The notes beneath the pieces were generated by a model. The model did no database searches. It was not told where the DNA came from and saw only the letters and a list, made by a program, of their open reading frames with translations. DNA of 64,000 bases from the NCBI RefSeq assembly GCF_030028105.1, contig NC_092377.1:5089079-5153078 (forward strand), given 5' to 3'. The translations under genes and the position numbers were made by a program. Below are positions 38,765 to 50,690 of this stretch, piece after piece. The DNA comes from Mobula birostris (taxonomy: Eukaryota). The stretch's first letter is position 1. Every line of letters starts with the position of its first letter.

Positions 38765-40425
38765 CCATAAAACACAGGACAGAATTAGGCCATTTGGCCC
38801 ATCAAGTCTTCTCCGCAATTCAGTCATAGCTGATCTTTTTTTCACCTCCTCAGCCCCACTCCCCAATGTTCACCCTGTAACCTTTGATGCCATGTCCAAT
38901 CAAGAACCGATCAAGCTCGCCTTAAATATAGCTAAAGACCTGGCCTCCAAAGCTGCCTGTGGTAATAAATTCCACAAATTCATCAACCTCCAGTAAAAGA
39001 AATGTCTCCACATCTCTCTTTTAAATGGACTCTCCTCTATCCTGATATTGTGCCATCTCGTGCTAGACCCTTCCACTATGGGAAACATCCAACAAACAAG
39101 AGAAATCCAAGTTACACACACAAAATGCCTGAAATGTAGAATATAATTTTTCCATAGATTCTGCCTGGCCAGCTGAGTTCCTCCAGCATTTTGTTTGTGT
39201 TGATGGGAAACATCCTTTCCACATCTACTCTGTCTAGGCCTTTCAATATTTGAAAGGTTTCAATGAGATTCCCCCTCATCTTTCTAAATTCCAAGATGTA
39301 CAGACCCAGGGCCATCAACTGTTCCTTGTATGATAACCCTTTCATTCACGAAATTATCCTTGTGAACCTCCTCTGGACCCTCTCCAATGCCAGCACATTT
39401 CTCCTAAGATGAGAGGCCCAAAACTGTTCACAATACTCAAGGTGAGTCTTCACCAGCACCTTGTAAAGCCTCAGCACCACACCCTTGCTCTTATATTCTA
39501 GACATCTTGAAATGAATGCTAACATTGCCTTTGCCTTCCTCATCACTGACACTACCTGCAAGTTAACCTTTAGGGTGTTCTGCACAAGGACTTCTAAGTC
39601 CCTTTGAATCTCAGATTTTTGGATTTCCTCTCCATTTATATATGGCATAAACAGAGGCAGTCCCAACACCGACCCCTCCAGAACTCACTATTCACTGGCA
39701 GCCAAACAGAAAAGGATCCTTTTATTCCCACTCGCTGCCTCCTGCCAATCAACCAATGTTCTAATCAAGCCAGTAACTTTCCTGTAATACCATGGGTTCT
39801 TAACTTAGTAAGCAGCCTCATGTGTGGAACCTTGTCAAAGGCCTTCTGAAGGTCCAAATATATAATATTCACTGCATCCCCTTTATCTCCCCTATTTGTA
39901 ATCTCCTCAAAGAATTCCAACAGGTTTGTCAGGCAAGATTTTCCCTTCAGGAAACCATGCGGACTTTGTCTTATCATCTCCCATGGTCACCGAATACTCC
40001 GTAAGCTCATCCTTAACAATTGATTCCAAAATCTTCCTAACCATTGATGTCAAGCTAATTGGTCTATAATTTCCTTGCTGCTGCCTTCCTTCTTTCTTTA
40101 AGAGTGGAGTGACATTTGTAATTTTCCAGTCCATTAGCACCATGCCAGAGTCCAATGATGTTTGAAAGATCATTACTACTGCCTCCAAAATCTCTACTGC
40201 TAACTCTTTGAAAACCCTAGGCACAGTTGAGCTGGTCCGGGTGACTTATGTACCCTTAGGTCTTGCAATTTTTTGAGCACCTTCTACCTTGTAACAGTAT
40301 CAGCACTCACATCTCTTCCCTCAAACCCTTCAACATCTGGCACACGGCTAGTGTCTTCCACAGAGAAGACTGATGCAAAATACTCATTTAGTTCAGCTGC
40401 CATCTCCTTGGCCCCAAATTATTTT
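38765..40425 (-). mobile_element. CR1 LINE RT region and 3' end
   Basis: GNYRPISLTS, HGFLKGKSCLTNLLEF, LDLQKAFDKVPH, LYKVLVKTHLEYC. Confidence 0.9.
39091..39202. mobile_element. 112-bp Penelope-terminal-repeat-derived insertion in CR1
   Basis: 13-bp TSD ATGGGAAACATCC (39078-39090, 39203-39215); internal inverted ACACACAAAATG / CATTTTGTTTGTGT. Confidence 0.75.
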
Positions 40426-41299
40426 TTCTCCGGGCAGAAGATATGGAGATCCTGAGATGCCCAGTCATCAAGATCCCCCTCTCAGCCTCTCCAGTGTAGT
40501 CCAAAGGAAAGCTAATGAAGCACTACATTTGGCACCAGGTTGGCTGCAGGAGCTGCCGGAAGGATAATCAATGAATCCAGCCACCTTAGGGACTCCACTC
40601 CGGATTTGTTGTCTGGGTTTAGTCCTGTAGCCTTCGTCTCTCCCAAAGTTGCCCATAGGGCAGTGGGAAGATCTACCCGTTGCTGGGGATCTGGTTCAAG
40701 AGCACCAGGACATGTCCACACCCCTGTGGGCCTGCATGTTACGTGTGCTGGAGCTAGACCTCTTCCCTGTCCCCTGGAGTTCAGCCTGAGTCTGAAATTA
40801 GTTCAGTTTCCGGGTGTCGCCAGTGAGGAGGCACTACATGAGTCCCGCTGTTGGAGAGGCTCTGTACTGCCAGGGAGAGACCTACACATTCACCTCTCCT
40901 TTTCACAAGACTGTTAGCCAGCGGCGGAAGCTGAAAATGAGAGCGACAAGCGCTACTCACTACACCATTACAATAGATGCATCACAACAACCATTTTGAC
41001 ACAAGCTTGTACAGAGTGTTGGTGTAAAATGGACCGATCGTAAACATATCAAAGAGGAATATTTTTAAAGGGAAAATAATGATAACATATCTCCAGATAT
41101 TCTGGAATTCTGCACTGGAATTGCATAATTACCCATAATTCTTTATTATTAGGACATACACAGTATGTCATCATGTTCTCAAAATAAATATAGGTAGACA
41201 AAATAATGTGGGGTAAATAATCGAGTAAATGCAAGCAGGCCTTTTTCACTGAGATTGGGTGAAAATAGAATTAGAGGTCATGAGTTAAGGGTGAAAGGT

Positions 41300-41790
41300 G
41301 GGGGGGGAAGGAGGACAATCTGAAGGGTGATAGGTTAGTGGGGAGGGGGCAGCGGAGTAAGAAGCTGGGAGTTGATCAGTGGAAAAGGCAAAAGTCTGGA
41401 GAAGGATTCTAATACGACAGGAGATGGACCATGGAGAAAGGGAGAAAGGGAAGGAGGAAGGGCATTAGGAGAGGGTGATAGACGGATGAGGAGAAGAGAA
41501 GAAATAAAGCAGGGGTGGGGTGTGTCAGTGTGGGGAATTGAAGAAGAGGGAGGGGTGGGGAAATACAGACATTAGTGAAAGCGTTGTTTACGCCATTAAG
41601 TGGAGGCTACCCAGACAAAGTATGAAGAGTTCATATCTGACCTGAGAATGGTCTCATCATGGCAGAAGAGGAAGCCATGGACCAACACGTTGGAATGAGA
41701 ATAGGGATTAGAATTAAAATGATTGCCCAGCAGGAAATCCTGCTGCTTGTGAATTGAGCAAAGGTGCTCAACAAAGAGACCCTCAACATA
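41300..41790 (-). mobile_element. Penelope-like element 3' end
   Basis: Reverse complement of the 30380-30880 type sequence. Confidence 0.65.
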
Positions 41791-41834
41791 CTGGTTTACT
41801 GTAATTTAAGCAACTATGGTACTCTGGTTGTGTA

Positions 41835-42155
41835 CGATGGGTGATTGATATGTTCGTGGCCTAAGGTAGAAGGAGTCAATTTTAGGAAACCTAGCACATT
41901 TGTTTTTCAACATAGTCCCCTCCTACATGTACACACTTAGTCCAGCGGTCGTGGACCATACGGATCTTGGACCTCCAGAAAATGTCCACAGAAGGGGTGA
42001 TTAATAAGTTCATGGCCTTAGGTAGAAGAAGATGAGTTATACAGCTCTCGTTACATGCACATGCAGTTCAACTCCTTGAGTGATTATGCAGAAAGTTTGA
42101 AATTAATAACTCATCTCCTTCTACCCTAGGCCATGAACTTATCAATCACCCCTGA
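41835..42155. mobile_element. Mariner-derived MITE(s), nested
   Basis: TIR GGGGTGATTGATAAGTTCGTGGCCTAAGGTAGAAGGAG-like at 41835 and 41993, inverted copy at ~42115-42153; TA at 41833. Confidence 0.72.
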
Positions 42156-42174
42156 TGAGTTATTAGCTGATGAG

Positions 42175-43400
42175 TCCTGTCTCCCAAGACCAAGGCTCTG
42201 TGTTCTGCATTTCTGTCTCCCAACACCAAGTCTGAGCTTCGTGTCCTCATCCAGTTCTGGTCCCGCATCCTGCCCAGGAGTCCCACGTCCTCCCGCCACG
42301 TCCAGTCCTGTAGCCACGTCCTGTCCTCGCCTAGATCAGGAGTCCGAGCCCAAGTCAAGACCCAGGTTCCGAGTCCCTGTCCAGTCTCTGGCTCGGAGTC
42401 CTTGTCCAGGTTCCAAGTTCCTAGCTCCTCGTCCAGGTCCCGCTTTCCAGCATCTTGTCCAGCGTCCGGCGTCATTTCTTCCCCACTTTGCTTGCTTTCT
42501 TGACACATCTAGTCCTGTTCCTAGTACTTCAGTGTCCGTGTCTTGCATTTAGGTCCACCACCAACACCCCCCTTATAACAGAACAGTCCAGTCAAATATG
42601 GACCCAGCAACACAGACACTGTCATTTTATTCTCACCAACCATCCTGGGTTCCCTCCTGGTCAATGCCCCCCACCGCCCAGGTCGTCTATGGTCTGAGAT
42701 AGCCTGTTCGGTCACCAGGAGGCTCCCATAGAGGGGGGTACTGTCATGGTCCAGTCTGTGGAGTCCGCATTCCGGTTCGCAGTCTGGTTCATCAATCCTC
42801 ATTCCAGGTTTTCCCTTGTTCTGTAGGAGTGCCTCTATTGAGGCACATGATTCTCATTTTAGGATGCTACATAAATAGCTCCTGGGTTCAGCTTGAGTTG
42901 CTGGACTGTTCCCTTCCCCTTCCCTCTGTTGCCCTTGGCTGAAGCCTTGCCTGCTACCTTTCACCTGAAGCCTCGCCTGCTACCTTTCGCCTGAAGCCTT
43001 GCCTATGTCTTCACCTATTTTCGCCATCATGTTCTACCACTGGAGCAAGACTGGAGCCTTGCTGTGTCAAGATAAGGAACTGTCTTTCCTTGTGTTGGGA
43101 ACTGTCTCTGTGTCCACGTCTTTGCTATGTAGGTCCAGCTGCTTGCCGCTACCTAATGTTGGGAATCATCTCTGTGTCCATGCCTTCGCTAGGTAGGTCC
43201 AGCCATTTGCCGCTACCTTGTGTTGGGAACCGCTCGTCCTGTTCAGCATTCTGTGTATGAGTCCCGGCCCTACGTCCTGTTCCCAAGGAGGGGCCCCGGC
43301 TCTGTGTTTTGTGTATGAGTCCCGGCCTTATGTCCCGGCTCTGTGTTCAAGACCCAGGTTCCGGGTCCTTGTCCAGTCTCTGGCTCGGAGTCCTTGTCCA
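42175..43400 (+). mobile_element. Non-autonomous LTR element copy 2: partial LTR - 161-bp internal - partial LTR
   Basis: LTR ends TAACA 42580; internal 42581-42741 GAACAGTCCAG..ATGGACCCAGCA..PPT AGAGGGGGG; next LTR TGTCATGGTCC at 42742. Confidence 0.87.
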
Positions 43401-43829
43401 GCATGCCTTATGAGAATAGGTTGAGTGAACTCGGCCTTTTCTCCTTAGAGCAATGGAGGATGAGAGGTAACCTGAAAGAGATGTATAAGATGATGAGAGG
43501 CATTGATCATGTGGATAGTCACAGGCTTTTTCCCAGGGGTGAAAAGGTTGCCACTAGAGGACACAGGTTTAAGGTGCTGGGGAGCAGATACAGAGGAGAT
43601 GTCAAGGGTAAGTTTTTACTCGGAGAGTGGTGAGTGCGTGGAATGGGCTGCTGGCAATGGTGGTGGAGGCAGATACGATAGGGTCTTTTAAGAGACAGTT
43701 AGGTAGGTACATGGAGCTTAGTAAAATCGAGGGCTATAGGTGAGCATAGTAATTTCTAAGGTAGGGACATGTTTGGCACAACTTTGTGGGCCGAGGGGCC
43801 TGTATTGTGCTGTAGGTTTTCTATGTTCT

Positions 43830-45130
43830 GTGTTCTAGATCCATAGGAAGGAGGAAGAAGTATTCTAAAGGTAAGATGACACAACTGTGGCTGACAAGAA
43901 AAGTCAAAGTCAAAAAATCAACATAAAAAAACAGAAGAGAGGGCATAAAATAGGGCAAAATTAGGTGGAAGTTCGGGGATTGGGAAGCTTTTAAAAACCA
44001 AAAGAAGGCAAATAAAAAGGTCAGAGTGAAGGTGAAAATGGAATACAAAGGCAAGCTGGTCAATAATATTAAAGCGGATGCCAGAAGTTCCTTCAGTTAT
44101 ACAAAGTGGAAAAGAGAGGTGAGAGTGGATATCAGTCTGCTGGAAAATGACGCTGGAACACTTGTAATGGGGACAAGGAAATGGGCGAACTGAGTATGTA
44201 TTTTACATCAGTCTTCACTTTGGAAGACACCAGCAGTATGCTGGAAGTTTGAAACACTCAGGGGTCAGAAGTGGGTGAATTTGTCTTTACGAGAGAGAAG
44301 GTGCTTGGGAAACTGAAAGGTCTGAAGGTAGATAAGTCTGAAAAAGTTGGCTAAAGAGACTCTGGAGATATAAATAATGATCTTTCAAGAATCAATAGAT
44401 TATGGCATGGTTCCGGATGACTGGAAAATTGCAAATGTCACTCCACTATTCAGAAATGGGAGGGGCAGAAGAAAGAATATAATGGCCCTGTTAGTCTGAC
44501 CTCTGTGATTGGGAAGAAGTTGGAGTCAATTGTTAAGGATATGGTTTTGGGTCCTTGGAGATACATGAAAAGATAGGCTGAAGTCAGATTGGCCTCCTTT
44601 AGGGCAACTTTTGCCTGACAAATCTATTGGAACTCTTTGAAGGAATATCAAGCTGGATAGACAAAGGAGAATTAGTGGATGTTGTGCACTTGTATTTTCA
44701 GAAAGCCTTGACAAGGTGCCACATCTGAGGCTGCTTAGCAATTTAAGAGCCAATAGTATTACATACAGGGAAGGCACTAGCATGGGTACAATATTGGCTG
44801 ATCGGGAATAATGGGAATCTTTTCTGGTGACTAGCGGTGTTCCTTGGGGTTCTGTGTTGGGACTGCAACCTCTTACATGAAATGCTAGAGATTTGAAAGA
44901 CAGAATTGAGGGCTTTTGGCCAATTCTGCAGACAATATGAGGACGGGTGGAGGGGCAGAGAGTGTTGAGGAAGCAGAGAGCTACAGAAGAATTTAGACAG
45001 TTTAGAAGAATGGGCAAAGAACTGGGAGATGAAATATTGTGTCGGGAAATGTGTGGTCCTGCAATTTAATAGAAGGAATAAAGAGCTAGACTATTTTCTA
45101 AATGGAGAAAAAATTCAAAAATCTAAGGCA
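43830..45130 (+). mobile_element. CR1 ORF2 fragment, degraded
   Basis: CR1 linker/RT nucleotide motifs matching 1-1100. Confidence 0.8.
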
Positions 45131-45360
45131 TGTGAACTTGAAGATGAACTCCTCCTCTATCGAAACTGAGAGCACCACAATCCAATTGTGAAAATGGCTG
45201 AGAACATTGAACCCTTCCTCATCTCGCCAGTAGATCTGACTCAGACCCATCACCACACGGGGCTCATTGCTCACTGGGTGTTCCTGTCTAAAGACTTCGC
45301 CACATTCTCACCACTTCCATAGCAGTTGATGTGGTTTAGTCGCCCTGTCCATAGATGTTG

Positions 45361-45411
45361 CTACGTACCTTGGAGATGACCATAGATGGACTGAGTGGGA
45401 CGTTGCAGAGC
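45361..45411 (-). CDS. Terminal coding exon completing the ITAM
   Basis: ALQRPTQSIYGHLQGT*; TTCTCTACTAG acceptor, phase 0. Confidence 0.75.
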   Translation of the reverse strand, partial: ALQRPTQSIYGHLQGT

Positions 45412-45501
45412 CTAGTAGAGAACACAGAAATGGTGTGAACAACAGCTTCACAGCTCATGCTGTGGGAAAAGCTTCAATGTTCCAAAGGTGACCTTCCTTA
45501 C

Positions 45502-45543
45502 CGTGTAGGTGTTGTTTGAATCGAGCTGGTGACCTCCTGAACC
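45502..45543 (-). CDS. Cytoplasmic exon 2 (first ITAM tyrosine)
   Basis: 42 nt phase 0-0; GSGGHQLDSNNTYT; TTCTGTTGTAG acceptor, GTAAGG donor. Confidence 0.75.
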
Positions 45544-46069
45544 CTACAACAGAACAGAATTGAACCGTTACATCGGTCTAAACATTGTCAACACTGGCTT
45601 TAAGTTGAGAGCAGGACAGTTTAAGGGAGATGTGTGGGGCAAGTTATCTTCACACAGAGGGTGGTGGGTGTCTGGGACACACTGCCAGGGTGGTGCTGGA
45701 AACAGACACAACAGTAGCATTTAAGAGGCATTTAGACAGACACAGGAACATGGAGGGAAATGGATGAAAGTTCAAAGGAAAATTTATTTTCAGAGTACAT
45801 CCATGTCTCCACATACAACCCTGAGATTCTTTTTCCTGCGGGCATACTCAGCAAATCTATAGAACAGTAACTGTAAACTGGATCAATGAAAGAAAAAAAG
45901 CATAGAAGATTTCAAACTGTGCAAATGCAAATTTAAGTAAATAGCAATAAATAACGAGAATGTGAAATAACAAGATAAAGAGTTCTTAAAGTCAGATAAT
46001 TTTTGATGGGAATATTGGTTGTGGGATCATTTGCAGGGAGATGGGATTATTTTGATAAAGACAAAATAT

Positions 46070-46385
46070 TCTATAGATGCTGGAATTCAGAGCAAAACAC
46101 ACAAAATTCTGGAGGATCTCAGCAGGTCAGGCAGCATCTTTGGAAAGGAAGAAGATGACACCTGCCCATTCACCTCCTTCCTCAGCTCCATTCAGGGCCC
46201 CAAACTATCCTTTCAGTTGAGGCAACACTTCACCTTCAAATCTGTTGGGACTCCCAATGGGGCCTCCTCAATACTGGTGAGATCCAGTGCAGATTGGGCG
46301 ACTGCTTTCACAAGCACCTCCGTTCCATTCACAATAAGCAGCATTTCAGATGGCTAACCATTTTAATTCCAATCCCATTCCCATT
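46070..46385 (+). mobile_element. Penelope-like fragment (GIY-YIG region)
   Basis: IQGPKLSFQLRQHFT.. degraded endonuclease start preceded by terminal-repeat sequence. Confidence 0.6.
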
Positions 46386-46839
46386 GTAACACGTTCAATG
46401 GCTCAATTTAATATCAGAGATTGTATACAGTATACAACCTGAAATTCTTACTCTTCGCAGATATCCACAAAACAGGAAACCCAAAGAGTGAATGACAGAA
46501 ATGTTAGAACCCCCAAAGCCCCCTCCCCCTCCCACTCACAAGCAGCAAAATCATCGACCCTCCCTACTCCCCCACCCCACTTGCTCCAGCAAAAGCTCTG
46601 ACCCAACCACCCACCATTCAAGCAAAAGCAAACTCCCCAAAGAGACCATGATCTAGACTGCATCAAAAAACTATTGTCCAACCCAACACTTCATCTCAGA
46701 CAGGGTTTCTCTCAGTAGCAAGGTAGGGAAGAATATTGATCATGTAGCAACCAAAAGGGGGAGATCAGCAGCTCACTCTTTCGATGTTACAGTCTGCCGC
46801 GTCACATCTCCAAGCCCCTCGACTCGAGGACCGACAGAC

Positions 46840-47010
46840 ACACGAGAGAGACAGAGACAGAGAGACAGGGACAGGGGAAAGGGAGAGATGGGGAAGGGAG
46901 AGGGAGGAGAGGAGGAGAAGTGGAAGGGAAGAAGGGGAGGGGAAGGGAGAGAGGGAGGGGGGATGGTGAGAGGGAGGGGGAGGAGAGGGAGATGAAGAGG
47001 CAGAGAGATA
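46840..47010. repeat. GA/GGA purine low-complexity repeat
   Basis: (GA)n and GGGA runs. Confidence 0.85.
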
Positions 47011-48117
47011 GTTTAAGTGCAGGGGTCCTCTTCCAAAAGCTGCACACACCACCTACTGTCTCAATATTTCTTTCAGCCTCCTGCAAAACTTCAGTCAACA
47101 ACTACAGCAAGAAATAAGTTTGTCTATGAAAGTGCACATCTTCTAGTCCACACATGGTTGGTCAGGGGATGAAGGGATACGGGGAGCAGGCAGGAAATTG
47201 GGGCTGAGAGGAAGGTTGGATCAGCCATGATGAAATAGTGGAGCAGATTCTATGGGCCAAATGGTCTAATTCCGCTCCAGTATTTAATGGTCTTGCATCA
47301 AAATGTCAGGCTGAACGGCGAGTCCAAGAACAAGAACCCACCACATGTGGAGAATTGTAGTTTGAGCTGCAACTTTAAATCATGGACTCCAACAGGTCCG
47401 TCGCCTGCTTTATGACAAAAATGAGGCCATTCTCTCATTGGAAGCCTCATATGGATAGCCTGCAATCTGATGCCATGAGCATCAATTTCTATAACTTCAG
47501 GTATTTTTCACACACTCTTTCATTTTCCTCACCTGCCTATCACCTCCCCATGTTGCCCTCTTCCATGCTTTTGTCCAATAGTCTACTCTCCTCTCCTATC
47601 AGATTCTTCCTTCTTCAGTCTTTTAGCTTTCCCACCTATCACCTCCCAGCTTCTTACTTCATCCACCCCACCTTCCACCCATCTGCCTCCACCTATCACC
47701 TTCCTGCCTGTATTCCCACCCATCACCCCACAGCTTCTCATTCTGGCTTCTGTGTCCATCCTTTCAAGGCCTGATGAAGGGTTTGGTCCAAAGCCCCAAT
47801 CATTCCATAGATGCTGCCTGACCTGTGGAATTTCTCCAGCATTTTGTCTGTGTCGCTGGGGATTAGTTTCATGTAGCATCCTGGTTGGCACAGCCCTGAT
47901 GGGCAGAAAGGCCTGTTCCTGTGCTGTACAGCTGTACGGTCTGTGGTCAATATCCAGAAACAGTTACACCACATACATTTGCAGATCATTCAGACATTGC
48001 AGAAATATTCAATGAACCACAATGTCACTGGGGAATATCCCTGATGTAAGAAGCCAAGAACATACCAGAGCAATCCCCACACAATTCTACTTATCTGAGA
48101 AAAGCATCAGAACTCAC

Positions 48118-48191
48118 CGGGACATCCCTGGCCACGGAAACATTTTCATAATCTGCCCCTGGGCTCCGGTGATCAGTTTCTGTGGGTGGGT
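48118..48191 (-). CDS. Cytoplasmic exon 1 with YENV motif
   Basis: 74 nt phase 1-0; PPTETDHRSPGADYENVSVARDVP; ATTTCACAG acceptor, GTGAGT donor. Confidence 0.78.
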
Positions 48192-48357
48192 CTGTGAAAT
48201 AGAGTATAAAGTATCAGTAACAGCCGTCTCCGAGCTGTGAGTCCCACATTGCTGTCACAACACAACGACGGGCTCTTTCACAATCAGTCCCCGACCTTCA
48301 CATTTTAATAACCCCACACAACAATCGGATCAGAATGAACCATTTAGTCACACGTAC

Positions 48358-48477
48358 GGGACGGGTGGTTTCTAAACGCTCTGCGTCTGATGAGGAAAAT
48401 GCCTCCAGTGACAGCCAGAACTCCCAGCACGACAGCCAGAATGAGCCAGGCCAGCTACGATGGGGCTCGGGACATCT
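48358..48477 (-). CDS. Transmembrane exon (in-frame TAG just before TM)
   Basis: 120 nt phase 1-1; MSRAPS*LAWLILAVVLGVLAVTGGIFLIRRRAFRNHPS; polypyrimidine acceptor, GTACGT donor. Confidence 0.82.
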
Positions 48478-49503
48478 CTGTTTGAGGAACGGAAAGGAAA
48501 TCACATCAGTGGGTAAACATCTGGGAAGCTCAATGTCAGTGTAGAAGGAATCCATTCGACCCATCCTCCTGTGCCAGCTCTTTGAAAAAGGTGCTCACTG
48601 ATCCCAGTCCCTTCATTCCCCAGAGTCCTGTGAAAAGTTCTTTCCAAGTATTTACCCAATCCCTGAAGGAATGATGCTGTTCCACCTGCTGCACCAACTG
48701 ACCTAGTGGGTGACTGAATAAAGCACGACCCTCAGAGACTTCCTGTTCCTTGTTGACATCTCACTAGAGACCATAATTCCAGTAAGGCATCGTTACTCTT
48801 GTACTCAAATCTGTCCCACAATAATGGACAAGGGGTTCCTTTCTGAATCACCAGTTGTACCTGTCTGTTGGGTTTGATCTTTGTGTACAAGGCCACCCAG
48901 ATTCCCCAGGACATGAACATCCCTCAGAAATCCATTCAGAAATTACTCTTTGTTTCTATTTTTCCTACCAAGAGAATGAGCTCACATTTGTCCACATGAT
49001 ATTCCAACTGTCTTCACCTTGTACGTTCACTCCGTGTGTCTCCATCCCCATACGACTCTGCACCCTCCTGACCAATCACACTGCCAGCACCTCTGCATCC
49101 CTGACAGGCTTGGAGACACTTGGTCCCCTCATTGATACAGATTGTTGGAGCTGGGGCCCAGCCCTGATCCCAGTCACTACTGACAGTCTTCCAGACAATC
49201 AACCACCCTTCCCATTTCTTGTTCCCTGGATTGTGCTCATTTCTAAAGATGCTGCCTGGCCTGCTAAGTTCCTCCAGTATTTTGTGGGAATTGAACCTCA
49301 ATCACTGTAAATTGTTCTACTAACCACTACACTACTGTGTCACATGATTGAAAGATTTACTAACGTTAATGTAGACAACATCCACTTCCCAACCCTCCAT
49401 TACCTTCATCCCCTCCTCAGAAACTCAATCAAGCTGATGAGATGTGATTTTCCCCACACAACATTCAGGAACACACTGCTGAATAAATAGAACTTGTACT
49501 CAC

Positions 49504-49881
49504 TGGTTACGATGAGCTGGGTGCTGTTCCCGTCGATGTCTCCCCACACTCTGCAGTAATAGACGGCAGAATCATTGTGTACCACGTCTGTGACTGTCAG
49601 GGTGAAGCTGCTGTTGGACGTGTCTCTGTAGGACTGGACCCTCTCAGTGAAACCCTGTCCCCACTCTGATCTGCCTCCTGCCCTGTGTGTTAAAACCCAC
49701 TCCATGTCTTGCCCAGGTAGTTTCTGATACCAGTGGACGTCAGTGTCTTCCAGCCTGGCTTTGCTCATGGTACACCATAACCACGCCGTGTGACCCTCAA
49801 TGACACGCTGTATGCTCGGGGACTGGATAAGGACAATATCGTCACTTTAAACCGAGCTTGAGGGGTGGTTGGATGGAGTTG
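49504..49881 (-). CDS. Exon V2: Pro/Ser linker + germline V-J-joined IgV domain (in-frame TAA in linker)
   Basis: 378 nt phase 1-1; TPSNHPSSSV*SDDIVLIQSP..WC..VHWYQKLPGQDMEWV..FTLTVTDVVHNDSAVYYCRVWGDIDGNSTQLIVT + GTGAGT; acceptor TATCCACACAG. Confidence 0.85.
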
Positions 49882-50139
49882 CTGTGTGGATAACAGTGCT
49901 ACTGAGACACAGAGGTGGTGAGATCAAGCCTTGTCTGCAGAATTCCTCTGGAAACCGAGGGTAGGAGCCAAATCTCCACTGTGCCCCCTTGTCAAAGCTG
50001 GCAAGGTCTCGCAGCACTTCTGAAAGCCACTGGCAGTCAGGAGTTGTTGGAAATGATTAACATTCAAAACACAACTCAACAAAGCTGAAAACATTTCTAA
50101 AATTATAGAAATGCTTAAAGTTAGAACATCACTTAAAAC

Positions 50140-50690
50140 TTAGAAGTTGTGTGCAGTTTTGGTCTCCAAATTTGAGGAAGGACATTCTTGCTATTGAGGG
50201 ACTGCAGCGTAGTTTCACGAGGTTAGTTCACGGGATGGCGGGACTGTCATATGTTAAAAGATTGGAGTGACTGGGCTTGTATACATTGGAATTTAGAAGG
50301 ATGAGAGGGGATCTGATTGAAACATATGAGATTATTAAGGGATTGGAAATGCTAGAGGCAGGAAACATGTTCCCAATGTTGGGGGAGTCCTGAACCGGAG
50401 GCCATAGTTTGAGAATAAGGGGTAGGCCATTTAGAACGGAGTTGAGGAAAAACTTTTTCACCCAGTGAGTTATGGATCTGTGGAATACTCTGCCTCAGAA
50501 AGCAGAGGAGGCCAATTTTCTGGATGCTTTCAGGAAAGAGTTAGATGGAGCTCTTAAAGATAGCAGAGTGAAGGGATATGGGGAGAAGGCAGGAACGGGG
50601 TACTGATTGTGGATGATCAGCCATGATCACAGTGAATGGCGGTGCTGGCTCGAAGGGCCGAATGGCCTACTCCTGCACCTATTGTCTATT
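50140..50690 (+). mobile_element. CR1 3' end, well preserved
   Basis: Typical 3' ORF2/UTR and CTATT tail. Confidence 0.85.

Noticed and set aside
46765-47117. Charged/Ser-Leu-rich ORFs
   Set aside because: Artefacts of the GA low-complexity repeat
48478-49503. C1 constant-domain exon between V2 and TM
   Set aside because: Intron is only ~1 kb and largely CR1/Penelope fragments; no Cys-Trp-Cys C1 pattern with splice sites found
49977-49983. CACAGTG heptamer ~95 bp upstream of the V2 exon
   Set aside because: No nonamer-like sequence at 12- or 23-bp spacing and not adjacent to a coding end
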